Source of the DNA: a bacterium
GTDB taxonomy: Bacteria; Verrucomicrobiota; Kiritimatiellia; RFP12; UBA1067
Reading direction: 5' to 3'
Assembly (NCBI GenBank): GCA_037133395.1
Contig: JBAXOG010000005.1
Coordinates: 985-64,984 of the forward strand
DNA length: 64,000 nt
In this document: in pieces, positions 41,880-51,205 of the stretch
How positions within the stretch are numbered: position 1 is the first letter of the stretch
Layout: every line of letters starts with the position of its first letter
Notes under the pieces: model-generated
Seen by the model: only the letters and a program-made list of their open reading frames with translations
The model's database searches: none
Told to the model about the DNA's origin: nothing
Program-made: the position numbers and the translations under genes

Positions 41880-44102
41880 ATGAGGATTGCAGTTGTTTTT
41901 ATTTTGATGGGGAGTTGTATATTGGGTCATGCGGAGACGGTGCCGCGCATTACAGACGTTACGCCGATGGACCGCTGGATGGATCTGACATGGGCTTATG
42001 AGGGGAATCCCGTCGGCGGCTTCGCTGTGGCGGTGTCGAAGAATGGACATGACTTTGAAATGACTGAGCATGTTGGACCGGAGGCGCGTTCGGCGTCCGT
42101 ATTTGTCGAAAAGCGGTTCTCCGCTTTTCTGGGCATGGGCACTAAACTCTTTCTGCGTGTCGCAGTAGTGGATGCCGCTGGCAAGCCAGGTCAATGGTCG
42201 GAAACTGTTTCGGCTCAGCCGGCGAAGACGCGGGACATCGAGGCGGAACTCCGCAGGAAGTTCGATTATCCCGTGGAGGGGCGACCTTACAGCGCGGACG
42301 ATCCGGCCTATACCGTGGTGTACACGGAGCAGCAGAAGCAAAGTCAGCGTGCCTCAGCCCGGACCATGATCACGCAACTGCAACAGGCGGCGAAGTCATC
42401 CACAGTGCCGCACCAGTTTACCATTCCGCCGGGCATTTACCGCGTGGGGGTGGGGGAAATAGACCTGAAGGGCGTGAGCGATTTCTCGATCCACGCCCCC
42501 GGAGTGGAGATCATCGTTGATGCTGCCTCCAAGGGCGCGGCCTTTGTTTTCAATGCCTGTACCAACATCACGTTGACAGGACGTCCTGTTGGAACGGGTG
42601 GCAAGGAGGGTTCCTACCTGACCGTCGATTCCGAGCAGTTGCCGATGTCTGTAGCACGCATTCTGGCGGTTGATGTGCCACAGCGAATAATTGATGTTGA
42701 GATTCTACCGGGTTATTCTACGGAGGTCCCGGAGCGGGAACGCATGTTGGCCTACGATCCAGCAGGCCACATGCTCAATATCCAGCAGATGGGGTGGCGC
42801 GGCGTGAAACCTTTGGGCGATCGGCGTTTTCGGCTGACCAGTCCGTCGCTCCGTCACCCCGGTTGTGAGAAGACGGTTTTCAAGATAGGCAATTTACTGG
42901 CCTTGCACATCAATGCGGAAGATGGCCGGGCCAATCATTCGGTCTATGCCAATCAGGGCTGTCGCAATATGACGTTCGAGTCCATCCGGGTCTACAGCGG
43001 GGGCGGCTGCCCGGGTGATCAGGGAACAGCCGGCAATACGGTTTACCGCGACTGGCGTCTGTGGACGCGTCCGGGGACCAGTCGGCTCCCTGTTGCCACC
43101 GGACTGGGGCAGTTTTCCAAGAACGGGGGCATCTTCGTGTTCGAGGATTGCGAATTTGGCCCGCATTTGGATGACGGTATTAACCTGCTCTCCGGAATGT
43201 CGATCGCTGGAAGACAAAACAGCGCCACAGAGATTGTGGTCACAAGCGGGCGGCCGCCGACCCCCGGCTCGACACTCACCTTTTACGAGTACACCAACTG
43301 GGTTAGTCTTGGCGAGGCGAAGGTTGTTTCATCGGAGCGCCTGTCTGACACGAACGTGTTGGTAGAAGTCAATGCCTTTGTTCTTGCGAATAAAACCAGA
43401 ACAAAAAACTATCACGATTACCGGACGGTGTTGGACCGGCCCGTGAAGCTGACGCCCTTTGCTATGATTGTCCATTCGGATTACCGCGCCGATTCGATCG
43501 TGGTGCGCGGTTGTCTCTTCCGCGACCAGCTCGCACAGATCATGCTGTTGCAGGGGGCGAAGAGCGGCTTGATCGAAAACAATCTGTTATTGCGCAGCAC
43601 GGGTGCTGGCATCAGTCCGCAATTTTCGCAGTACTGGTGGGAGGGGCCGATGCCGTCAAACTTCATGATCAGGAACAATGTGATCCGGGATAATCCAGTG
43701 GCGGCGGCGGTGACCGGTTTTGCGGGCAACGCGTCGATTGCGATTTACGCTGGCACGAAGTACCCGTCCAATGCGCGGTTGATGCGTGGTTTCCGTGTCG
43801 AGGGCAACACGATCATCAATCCGTCGGTCTACGGGATCTGCATACGGAATGCGGAGGATGTTTCGATCCGGTATAACCGCATCATCAATCCTGGTGCGCA
43901 GGCTGTGGAAGGACTGTATAATGGTCGTCCGATTGCCGAGCTCTACGCCGCCATCTGTCTGGATGCGGTGAGTCGCGCCGTCGTGAGTGACAATGAAATT
44001 ATTTTTCGCAATACGCGATGCCAACGCGCAGTTTTGATGGAATCGAACTGCGATCCCGCAACTGTTCGGATCGAACGTAACAGAGAAAGGAGGACACCAT
44101 AA
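41880..44102 (+). CDS. Secreted protein with an FN3-like N-terminal domain and a right-handed beta-helix
   Basis: The ORF track gives 41862 (TTG). ATG 41880 gives MRIAVVFILMGSCILGHA. The Ig/FN3-like stretch is MDLTWAYEGNPVGGFAVAVSKNG...LRVAVVDAAGKPGQWS. Beta-helix turns follow (IENNLL, IRNNVI, VEGNTI, IRYNRI, VSDNEI). Confidence 0.6.
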   Translation: MRIAVVFILMGSCILGHAETVPRITDVTPMDRWMDLTWAYEGNPVGGFAVAVSKNGHDFEMTEHVGPEARSASVFVEKRFSAFLGMGTKLFLRVAVVDAAGKPGQWSETVSAQPAKTRDIEAELRRKFDYPVEGRPYSADDPAYTVVYTEQQKQSQRASARTMITQLQQAAKSSTVPHQFTIPPGIYRVGVGEIDLKGVSDFSIHAPGVEIIVDAASKGAAFVFNACTNITLTGRPVGTGGKEGSYLTVDSEQLPMSVARILAVDVPQRIIDVEILPGYSTEVPERERMLAYDPAGHMLNIQQMGWRGVKPLGDRRFRLTSPSLRHPGCEKTVFKIGNLLALHINAEDGRANHSVYANQGCRNMTFESIRVYSGGGCPGDQGTAGNTVYRDWRLWTRPGTSRLPVATGLGQFSKNGGIFVFEDCEFGPHLDDGINLLSGMSIAGRQNSATEIVVTSGRPPTPGSTLTFYEYTNWVSLGEAKVVSSERLSDTNVLVEVNAFVLANKTRTKNYHDYRTVLDRPVKLTPFAMIVHSDYRADSIVVRGCLFRDQLAQIMLLQGAKSGLIENNLLLRSTGAGISPQFSQYWWEGPMPSNFMIRNNVIRDNPVAAAVTGFAGNASIAIYAGTKYPSNARLMRGFRVEGNTIINPSVYGICIRNAEDVSIRYNRIINPGAQAVEGLYNGRPIAELYAAICLDAVSRAVVSDNEIIFRNTRCQRAVLMESNCDPATVRIERNRERRTP

Positions 44103-47100
44103 AAACCAAACTCACCATTCTCGCCACCCTCCTGCTGGCATCAAGCACCCTTCTCGCTGCCCAAGACACGACGGATGACGACAGAATGTTGCGCTGGGCT
44201 GACGATCTGCTGTCCGCCAAAAGGGAATTGTTGCGGCAGGCCGGCGAAGCCTACACCTTCAAGCCCGTGAGCACGCTGACGATCAAGCTCGGGCAAGAGT
44301 CCCAAAGCATAAGCGTGGATGTCTCCGGCATCGACGATCTCGTGCTCCAGACGGACGCGAAGGGCAAGATGGAGCGGCTGCCCGTGGTCATCGGCGACCC
44401 GGTGCTCACGGGATTGGATGGAAAGCGCATCTCCTTGTCGTCATTGACGCCGTCCAACGCGAAGCTTCTGACTGGCCGATTTTCAACCGACAAGGATTTG
44501 TCCGGAAAGCCGTTGTCGGTCAAGGGCAAGACGTACGCGGCCGGCGTCCAGTTCAGGACGGATATTGATGTGGTGTTCAAGCTGGACGGGAAGTTCAAGA
44601 TGCTGGACCTGCAAGCCGGAGCCGATGTGTTCAAAAACAAGAGCAACGTGCCTGTGAAGCTTAAATTCAACGACAGGTTCCGTCAAGACGCTGAGCAAAG
44701 ACTCGACAAGATCACCGAGGTCTATCCAGAATTGGCGACGGTCACCTCGGGCCTTGGGATGGAATGGCTCTTCGACAAAAGCACGGCGAGGGAACTGTCG
44801 TTTCTGGACACGATGTTCAAACAGTTGCAAGAATCTGGGAAGCCATTCTCGGATAAGGTTGATAAACTGGCTCAGGCACCAGACAGCAAAGCCATCCTCG
44901 CCCAGATAGCCGAGCTTCACTCGTTCTCGAATGCGTTCAAGCTCCGCAAGATGCAACTTGACCTGGTGAACCCGGAGGCCTTGGGGAGGGCGTTGATGGA
45001 TTTGGCGAAGGAGCATCCCGGCACGTTTCCGGATCTGGCAAGACTTGAGGCCGAGGTTAAGGCGATGCCCGCCAGTATCGCTGCCTTGAAACAGGATTTC
45101 ACCGCGCAGAGCGCCAACGCCATCGCCGACTATGAGAAGATTTATGGCCTTCAGCGTGAGATATTGCTGCGCAACCCAGTCCTTGATTTCGACAAGATAC
45201 TGCTGATAAAACGCCTTGTGCGTCCCGTTCAAACGGTACAGGGAAGTCTGGGGCTCCCCGTGAACTACATGGGCACGTCGGACGTTCCCGGTACCGGCTG
45301 GGACAATCAGATCGCCACGCTTGAGTACAGGAAAAAGGACGCGGAGCCTGCCTGCATATTCAAACCCGCCAAAACAGAATTCATCTGCGACATGAATCTG
45401 CATTTCGACGCCGACCGCATGCTCCTGTCGATGCCCAACGAGAAAAAGATATGGCAGGTCTTCGAACTGAAAACAGACGGCACCGGCTTGAGGCAGGTCA
45501 TCTCCGATATTGGCAACGACAACGACATCCACAACTATGACGCCTGCTATCTTCCCAACGGTAAAATCATATACACGTCCACGGCGCCTATGGTCTCCGT
45601 GCCCTGCCTTGGAGGCGGTTCCAAAGTCGCCAATATCTTTCTCTTCAACCCGACGGACAATTCGCGGCGTCAACTTTGCTTCGACCAGGAGCACAACTGG
45701 TGCCCACGCGTGATGAACGACGGGCGAGTCCTCTACCTGCGCTGGGAATACTCCGACCTTCCTCACTCCAACAGCCGCCGCCTTTTCACGATGAATCCGG
45801 ATGGCACCGGGCAGTTGGCGTATTACGGAAGCAACTCCTACTGGCCGAACGGGGTTTTCTTCGCCAAGCCAATCCCAAACCATCCGACGAAGGTTGTCGG
45901 CATCGTCACCGGGCATCACGGTTCGCCACGTATGGGCGAGATGGTTATCTTCGATCCTGCCAAGGGCACGGCCGAGGCCGACGGCGTCGTGCAGCGCATC
46001 CCCGGCTTTGGCAAGAAGGTAGAGCCGGTGGTGGCTGACGCGTTGGTGGACAGGTCATGGCCCAAATTCCTCCATCCTTACCCCCTCAGCGACAAGTATT
46101 TTCTCGTCTCCTGCAAACCGACCCCCGACGCCCAGTGGGGCGTGTACCTTGTGGACATATTTGACAACCTGCTGCCCCTCAAGGAAATTCCAGGGCAAGC
46201 CCTCTTCGAGCCGGTCCCGTTGAGGAAACAGAGCGTGCCTCCGGTGATCAGCGAACGTGTCGATCTGAAACGCGACGACGCAGTCGTCTATATCCAGAAC
46301 ATCTATTATGGCCCTGGGCTCAAGGGCATCCCCAAAGGCACGGTGAAGTCACTGCGCATCCTGAGCTACACCTTCAGCTATCATGGCACAGGCGGACTTC
46401 ATGGCGTGCTGGGCATCGATGGCCCATGGGATATCAAGCGCGTGCTGGGCGTCGTTCCGGTCTATGAGGATGGCTCGGCGAGCTTCAGGATACCGGCGAA
46501 CCGCCCGGTAGCCTTGCAACCTCTTGATAAGGACGGCAAGGCCCTGCAGATCATGCGTAGCTGGTTCGTCGGCATGCCGGGCGAGACCGTCTCCTGCGTC
46601 GGCTGCCATGAGAACCGCAACGACACGCCGATGCCGAACGCCAGCGTGGCATCGACCCAGACGCCCATGGATTTAAGCACGTGGCGTGAGGACAAGACGT
46701 ATGGCTTCAGTTTCGCCAACGAGATCCAACCCGTGCTAGACAAGTATTGCATCGGCTGTCATGACGGCTCCAAGCAGGCCAAAGGCGGAATAGATCTCCG
46801 AGGGGATGTGATGATAAAGGATTATTCATCGAAGCACCCGGGCAACGGATCATACATCGAAGGTATCGCCGGTAAATTCTCGGTCGCCTATGCGGATCTC
46901 TACTCGTTTGTGCGTGGTTCCGGAATCGAAAGCGATATGCGTCTGTTAACGCCGATGGAGTTCCACGCGGATTCCACGGCCTTGATACAGATGCTCCGAA
47001 AAGGACACAACAATGTCACGCTGGACAAGGCATCCATGGAGAAGCTGATCACATGGATAGATGTCAATCGCCCATACCATGGCACATGGTCGGGCGTGGT

Positions 47101-48154
47101 CGGCGACACGGCTGTCCAAAAAGAAGGACGGCGCGCTGAACTGCGCAAACGCTATGCCAATGTCGACGAGAACCACGAAGAGAAGCCCAAGGCCGGGGAG
47201 AGACAGCACATTGTCATGCCTGGGAAACGCAACGAGCCGGACAAGACCGTCCCCTCCCTGCAAGGCTGGCCGCTGGCCGCCGACGCCGCTCGGGCGGAGC
47301 AGGCCGAACTTGGAGGGACAAGCAAGGAAGTCGATCTTGGCGACGGCATCAAGATGGTCTTCCGCAAAATCCCAGCGGGCTCCTTTGTGATGGGTTCCAA
47401 CGCTGGACATCGGGATGAATTGCCGCTGACGGTCGTAAGGATCGAGAAGACATTCTGGATCGGCGAAGCAGAGGTCAGCAACAGGCAATATGTCCAGTTC
47501 GATGCCACGCATGACAGCCGTCGCGAGGACAGGCATGGCTACCAGTTCGGGCAGCTCTGCTACCAGGCCAACGAGCCGGACCAGCCCGCCGTCCGCGTTG
47601 CATGGCGTGAGGCCAAGGCCTTTTGCGCCTGGTTGTCCAATAAAGCAAGTGTCAGGGCCGTCCTGCCAAGCGAGGCCCAATGGGAATACGCCTGCCGCGC
47701 AGGTTCGGCGACGCCCTTCTCTTTCGGTGCGGTCGATGCCGATTACACAAAGCACGCCAATCTGGGTGACCAGCGACTGGCGGAGTTCGCTTGCGACCCG
47801 TACAGATACAGGGTGCCCATACCAAACTCGTCACGGTATGACGCCTATATCCCGAGGGATGACCGTTTCAACGATGGCGGCTTCATCTCAGAGCCGGTCA
47901 AGAAATATCAGCCCAACCCATGGGGCTTGTACGACATGCATGGCAATGTCTGGGAGTGGACACGCTCCGCGTACAGGCCTTATCCATACAAAGCAGAGGA
48001 CGGCAGGGAGTCGGACACCATCGGGGCGGAACGCGTCGCACGCGGCGGCTCATGGTTTGACAGACCCAAAATCGCCACGGCGAGTTATCGTCTGCCGTAT
48101 TGCGACTACCAGAGGGTCTACAACGTCGGATTCCGGGTCGTCCTGGAGGAGTGA
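44099..48154 (+). CDS. Paralogue of the giant protein: NPCBM-like module, helical region, beta-propeller, two CxxCH motifs and a Cys-less FGE-fold domain
   Basis: The ORF track gives 44186..48154 (first ATG). The upstream in-frame sequence IKTKLTILATLLLASSTLLAAQD is a typical signal peptide, preceded by AAGGAGG (44087-44093). The only candidate start is ATA 44099, so the start is uncertain. NPCBM-like LSVKGKTYAAGVQFRTDIDVVFKLDGKFKMLDLQAGADV. CVGCH at 46595-46609 and CIGCH at 46748-46762. FGE fold: RVAWREAKAFCAW, LPSEAQWEYACRAGS, HGNVWEWT, VARGGSW. Confidence 0.65.
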   Translation: MKTKLTILATLLLASSTLLAAQDTTDDDRMLRWADDLLSAKRELLRQAGEAYTFKPVSTLTIKLGQESQSISVDVSGIDDLVLQTDAKGKMERLPVVIGDPVLTGLDGKRISLSSLTPSNAKLLTGRFSTDKDLSGKPLSVKGKTYAAGVQFRTDIDVVFKLDGKFKMLDLQAGADVFKNKSNVPVKLKFNDRFRQDAEQRLDKITEVYPELATVTSGLGMEWLFDKSTARELSFLDTMFKQLQESGKPFSDKVDKLAQAPDSKAILAQIAELHSFSNAFKLRKMQLDLVNPEALGRALMDLAKEHPGTFPDLARLEAEVKAMPASIAALKQDFTAQSANAIADYEKIYGLQREILLRNPVLDFDKILLIKRLVRPVQTVQGSLGLPVNYMGTSDVPGTGWDNQIATLEYRKKDAEPACIFKPAKTEFICDMNLHFDADRMLLSMPNEKKIWQVFELKTDGTGLRQVISDIGNDNDIHNYDACYLPNGKIIYTSTAPMVSVPCLGGGSKVANIFLFNPTDNSRRQLCFDQEHNWCPRVMNDGRVLYLRWEYSDLPHSNSRRLFTMNPDGTGQLAYYGSNSYWPNGVFFAKPIPNHPTKVVGIVTGHHGSPRMGEMVIFDPAKGTAEADGVVQRIPGFGKKVEPVVADALVDRSWPKFLHPYPLSDKYFLVSCKPTPDAQWGVYLVDIFDNLLPLKEIPGQALFEPVPLRKQSVPPVISERVDLKRDDAVVYIQNIYYGPGLKGIPKGTVKSLRILSYTFSYHGTGGLHGVLGIDGPWDIKRVLGVVPVYEDGSASFRIPANRPVALQPLDKDGKALQIMRSWFVGMPGETVSCVGCHENRNDTPMPNASVASTQTPMDLSTWREDKTYGFSFANEIQPVLDKYCIGCHDGSKQAKGGIDLRGDVMIKDYSSKHPGNGSYIEGIAGKFSVAYADLYSFVRGSGIESDMRLLTPMEFHADSTALIQMLRKGHNNVTLDKASMEKLITWIDVNRPYHGTWSGVVGDTAVQKEGRRAELRKRYANVDENHEEKPKAGERQHIVMPGKRNEPDKTVPSLQGWPLAADAARAEQAELGGTSKEVDLGDGIKMVFRKIPAGSFVMGSNAGHRDELPLTVVRIEKTFWIGEAEVSNRQYVQFDATHDSRREDRHGYQFGQLCYQANEPDQPAVRVAWREAKAFCAWLSNKASVRAVLPSEAQWEYACRAGSATPFSFGAVDADYTKHANLGDQRLAEFACDPYRYRVPIPNSSRYDAYIPRDDRFNDGGFISEPVKKYQPNPWGLYDMHGNVWEWTRSAYRPYPYKAEDGRESDTIGAERVARGGSWFDRPKIATASYRLPYCDYQRVYNVGFRVVLEE

Positions 48155-48208
48155 GTTGTCAATAAACGACGGAACAGAACTTAAAGCACAGACAGGAATA
48201 CACAATCC

Positions 48209-51205
48209 ATGAAACATACAGTAGCAGGCATCGCATCTCTTCTCCTCGCCAGCTTGGTGGCGCAGGCTGAAGCCGACTTGAAGGTTTCTTCTCTTTTTAC
48301 AGACCACATGATCCTGCAGCGGGACAAGCCGGTGCCGGTGTGGGGCTGGGCTGATCCGAACGAAAAGGTCACGGTGGAGTTCGGCGGGCAAACGAAGACA
48401 GCCATCTCTGATGCCACTGGCAAATGGCTCGTCAAGCTCGACGCGATGCCCGCAAGTGAGAAGCCTGGTGTTCTCTCCGTCTCTGTTTCCAATCCCAACT
48501 CTAAAATCCAAAATCTAAAATGTTCTGACATCCTCGTCGGCGACGTGTGGTTGGCTTCGGGGCAGTCGAACATGGGCTTTGGCGTGAAGGGCTCACTGAA
48601 TGGGGAACAAGAAATCGCCGCCGCACATTATCCGACCATCCGGCTCTTCAGCGTGGCGCAGTGCCCCACGCTGACACCGACGAATGGGGTCAAGGGCGCG
48701 TGGCAGCCCTGTTCCCCGCAGACGGTGGGTGAATTCTCAGGTGTTGCGTACTTCTTCGGACGCGAGTTGCACAAGGAATTGAAAATACCGATTGGACTGC
48801 TTCATAGTTCTGTCGGAGGCACGCCGGCGGAAGCATGGACACGGCTGGAAGCGATGGCACCCATCCCCGGACTGGGCGAGCGGGCGCAGAAAGAGATTGC
48901 TCAGATCTTGGCGCAGCCAGAAGACAACAAACGTTTTCCCGGGGAACGAGATGCGTGGGAACGCAAGTACGGCGTCCAGCCGCCACCGATTTCTGAAGCC
49001 GCGCGCAATTGGGCTGATCCTGCGCTCGACACCCGCGATTGGAAACAGGTCACACTGCCTGGACGATGGCAGAATCTGGGTTTCAAGACAGGCGGGGTGT
49101 TCTGGTTGCGCAAGGAGATTCTCATTCCCGAGGAACTCGCGGGCAAAGCATCCTGGGTCTCCTTCAACTGGGTCAGCGAGCAATATGACACTGCGTTTGT
49201 CAACGGCGTGGAAGTCGGCCATGCCAATGACAAGGCCCCGGGCTTTTATAATGTACAGCGCGGCTATCCTGTGCCTGGGAAACTGATGAAGGCCGGGCGT
49301 AACGTGGTCGCCTTCCGGGTCGTTTCAGCTACGGAGAATGCTGGGGTTCATCAATGGGGACGGGGGGTTTTCCCCTTTGTCGGACTGAAGAACGTGGATG
49401 ACCAGTGGCTATTGAAGGTCGAATCCACCTTCCCGCGCCTGCCGCCGGAAGCATTGAAGTCCCGCCCGAAACCCAATGACATTGCTTCCCGCAGTGTCAG
49501 TTCAGCGCTCTACAACGGGATGATCGTTCCGTTGATCCCGTTTGCCATCAAGGGAGCGATCTGGTATCAGGGCGAGAGCAATGCGGGGCGTGCGCCGGAG
49601 TACCGCCAACTGCTTACGGCGTTGATCGGAGATTGGCGTGCGCAATGGGGACAGGGTGACTTCCCGTTCCATATCGTGCAGTTGGCCAATTACTATACGG
49701 ATCCAAAAGAACCCGCTGAGAGCGGCGTGGCGGCTGTCCGTGAAGTCCAATTGTACGTTTCAACAACAGTGACCAACTGCGGTTTGGCGGTCGCCATTGA
49801 TCTTGGCGAAGAGGGCATCCATCCCAAAAATAAGCAGGATGTCGGCAAGCGTCTGGCGCTCGTTGCGATGGAAAAGACCTACGGCCAGAAAATCGAATCC
49901 AGTGGCCCGCGCTTCGAATCCATGAAGATCGAAGGCAACTCCATCCGGATAAAGTTCAGCCACGCTGAAGGACTGAACGCGAAAGGCGGCCCGTTGCAAC
50001 GTTTTGCTATTGCTGATGCAAGCAAGAAATTCGTTTGGGCTGAGGCGAAGATCGACGGTGATACCGTATTAGTTAGCAGTCCCCAGATTACGACACCCGT
50101 GGCCGTACGTTATGCCTGGGGCAACAATCCCGAAGGATGTAATCTCTACAACGCCGTAGGCCTGCCCGCCTCCCCGTTCCGCACCGATGAACGACCGATT
50201 TCAGTGGATTCGGGAAAACCTTTAGCGATACCCGCTTTGGCCGAGAAGACACGGACTCCCCCGATGTATTTTGGCGATGCGACACGGTTGGGTCGTCCGT
50301 TCGCCAAAGACCCGAGCGTCATCCGTTTCGGCGGGCGTTACCTCATGTATTATTCCATCACCGCATGGGCGAAGGAGCTCGCGCCGACCAATGCTCCGCG
50401 CGGCTGGGCCATCGGCATCGCTGAAAGCCGCGACCTAGTGAACTGGAAGAAGATCGGTGAGATTCTCCCGGAGCAGGTGTGCGAGAAGAACGGCATCGTC
50501 AATGGTCGCATCATTTTGCTCGATGGTAAGCTTCATCTCTTTTACAACTCGTATGGCAACGGAGCCAAGGACGCACTCTGCCATGCCACGAGTGAGGATG
50601 GCCTCCACTTCACCCGCAATCCCACCAACCCGATCTGGCACCCCGTCGGCGACTGGAACAACGGTCGTGCGATCGACGTAGACGTGGTCGAGTGGGGCGG
50701 CCAGCTCATCATGTATTACGCCACGCGTGATCCCAAAGGAAAGATTCAGATGCTGCACGCCATTGCCGCGCCGCGCAAATCAGGGTTCAACCGCGACGAT
50801 TGGAAATCGCTTTGCGAGGGTCCGGTATTGAAGCCGGAGTTGCCGTGGGAAAAGACCTGCATCGAAGCGCCGTCGGTGATCAAGCGCAGCGACACCCTCT
50901 ATCTCTTTTACGGCGGCGGCTACAACAACGCCCCGCAGCAAATCGGTTGTGCCACGAGTAAGGACGGTATCCACTTCCAGCGGCTCTTCATTGACAAGCC
51001 GCTGCTGCCCAATGGCGCGCCTGGTACATGGAACTCCTCCGAGTCCGGCCATCCCGGGATGTTCGAGGACGACGACGGTCAGCTCTACATGTTTTACCAA
51101 GCGAATAACGACCAAGGCCGGACGTGGTTCCTGTCCTGGGTGAAAATCGGTTGGGATGGCGATAAGCCGTGCGTGATCGAATCACAGAAGGTCAAAAATC
51201 CATGA
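48209..51205 (+). CDS. Fusion enzyme: SGNH sialate-O-acetylesterase-like domain plus a C-terminal GH43-superfamily five-bladed beta-propeller-like domain
   Basis: The N-terminal ~660 aa are collinear with 22251..24263 (ASGQSNM, WYQGESN). The C-terminal ~330 aa carry KDPSVIRFGGRYLMYYS, IAESRDLVNWKK, HATSEDGLHF, IEAPSVIKRSDTLYLFYGG and ATSKDGIHFQR, which are furanosidase-clan blade motifs. Confidence 0.65.
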   Translation: MKHTVAGIASLLLASLVAQAEADLKVSSLFTDHMILQRDKPVPVWGWADPNEKVTVEFGGQTKTAISDATGKWLVKLDAMPASEKPGVLSVSVSNPNSKIQNLKCSDILVGDVWLASGQSNMGFGVKGSLNGEQEIAAAHYPTIRLFSVAQCPTLTPTNGVKGAWQPCSPQTVGEFSGVAYFFGRELHKELKIPIGLLHSSVGGTPAEAWTRLEAMAPIPGLGERAQKEIAQILAQPEDNKRFPGERDAWERKYGVQPPPISEAARNWADPALDTRDWKQVTLPGRWQNLGFKTGGVFWLRKEILIPEELAGKASWVSFNWVSEQYDTAFVNGVEVGHANDKAPGFYNVQRGYPVPGKLMKAGRNVVAFRVVSATENAGVHQWGRGVFPFVGLKNVDDQWLLKVESTFPRLPPEALKSRPKPNDIASRSVSSALYNGMIVPLIPFAIKGAIWYQGESNAGRAPEYRQLLTALIGDWRAQWGQGDFPFHIVQLANYYTDPKEPAESGVAAVREVQLYVSTTVTNCGLAVAIDLGEEGIHPKNKQDVGKRLALVAMEKTYGQKIESSGPRFESMKIEGNSIRIKFSHAEGLNAKGGPLQRFAIADASKKFVWAEAKIDGDTVLVSSPQITTPVAVRYAWGNNPEGCNLYNAVGLPASPFRTDERPISVDSGKPLAIPALAEKTRTPPMYFGDATRLGRPFAKDPSVIRFGGRYLMYYSITAWAKELAPTNAPRGWAIGIAESRDLVNWKKIGEILPEQVCEKNGIVNGRIILLDGKLHLFYNSYGNGAKDALCHATSEDGLHFTRNPTNPIWHPVGDWNNGRAIDVDVVEWGGQLIMYYATRDPKGKIQMLHAIAAPRKSGFNRDDWKSLCEGPVLKPELPWEKTCIEAPSVIKRSDTLYLFYGGGYNNAPQQIGCATSKDGIHFQRLFIDKPLLPNGAPGTWNSSESGHPGMFEDDDGQLYMFYQANNDQGRTWFLSWVKIGWDGDKPCVIESQKVKNP

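Noticed and set aside
48480-48520. An AT-rich microsatellite-like stretch (ctaaaatccaaaatctaaaatg) inside the esterase fusion gene, considered as a possible mobile-repeat insertion or slippage-based phase switch
   Set aside because: The reading frame is intact. The paralogue has a different low-complexity linker at the same position. The units are imperfect and few. It is most simply a variable interdomain linker.
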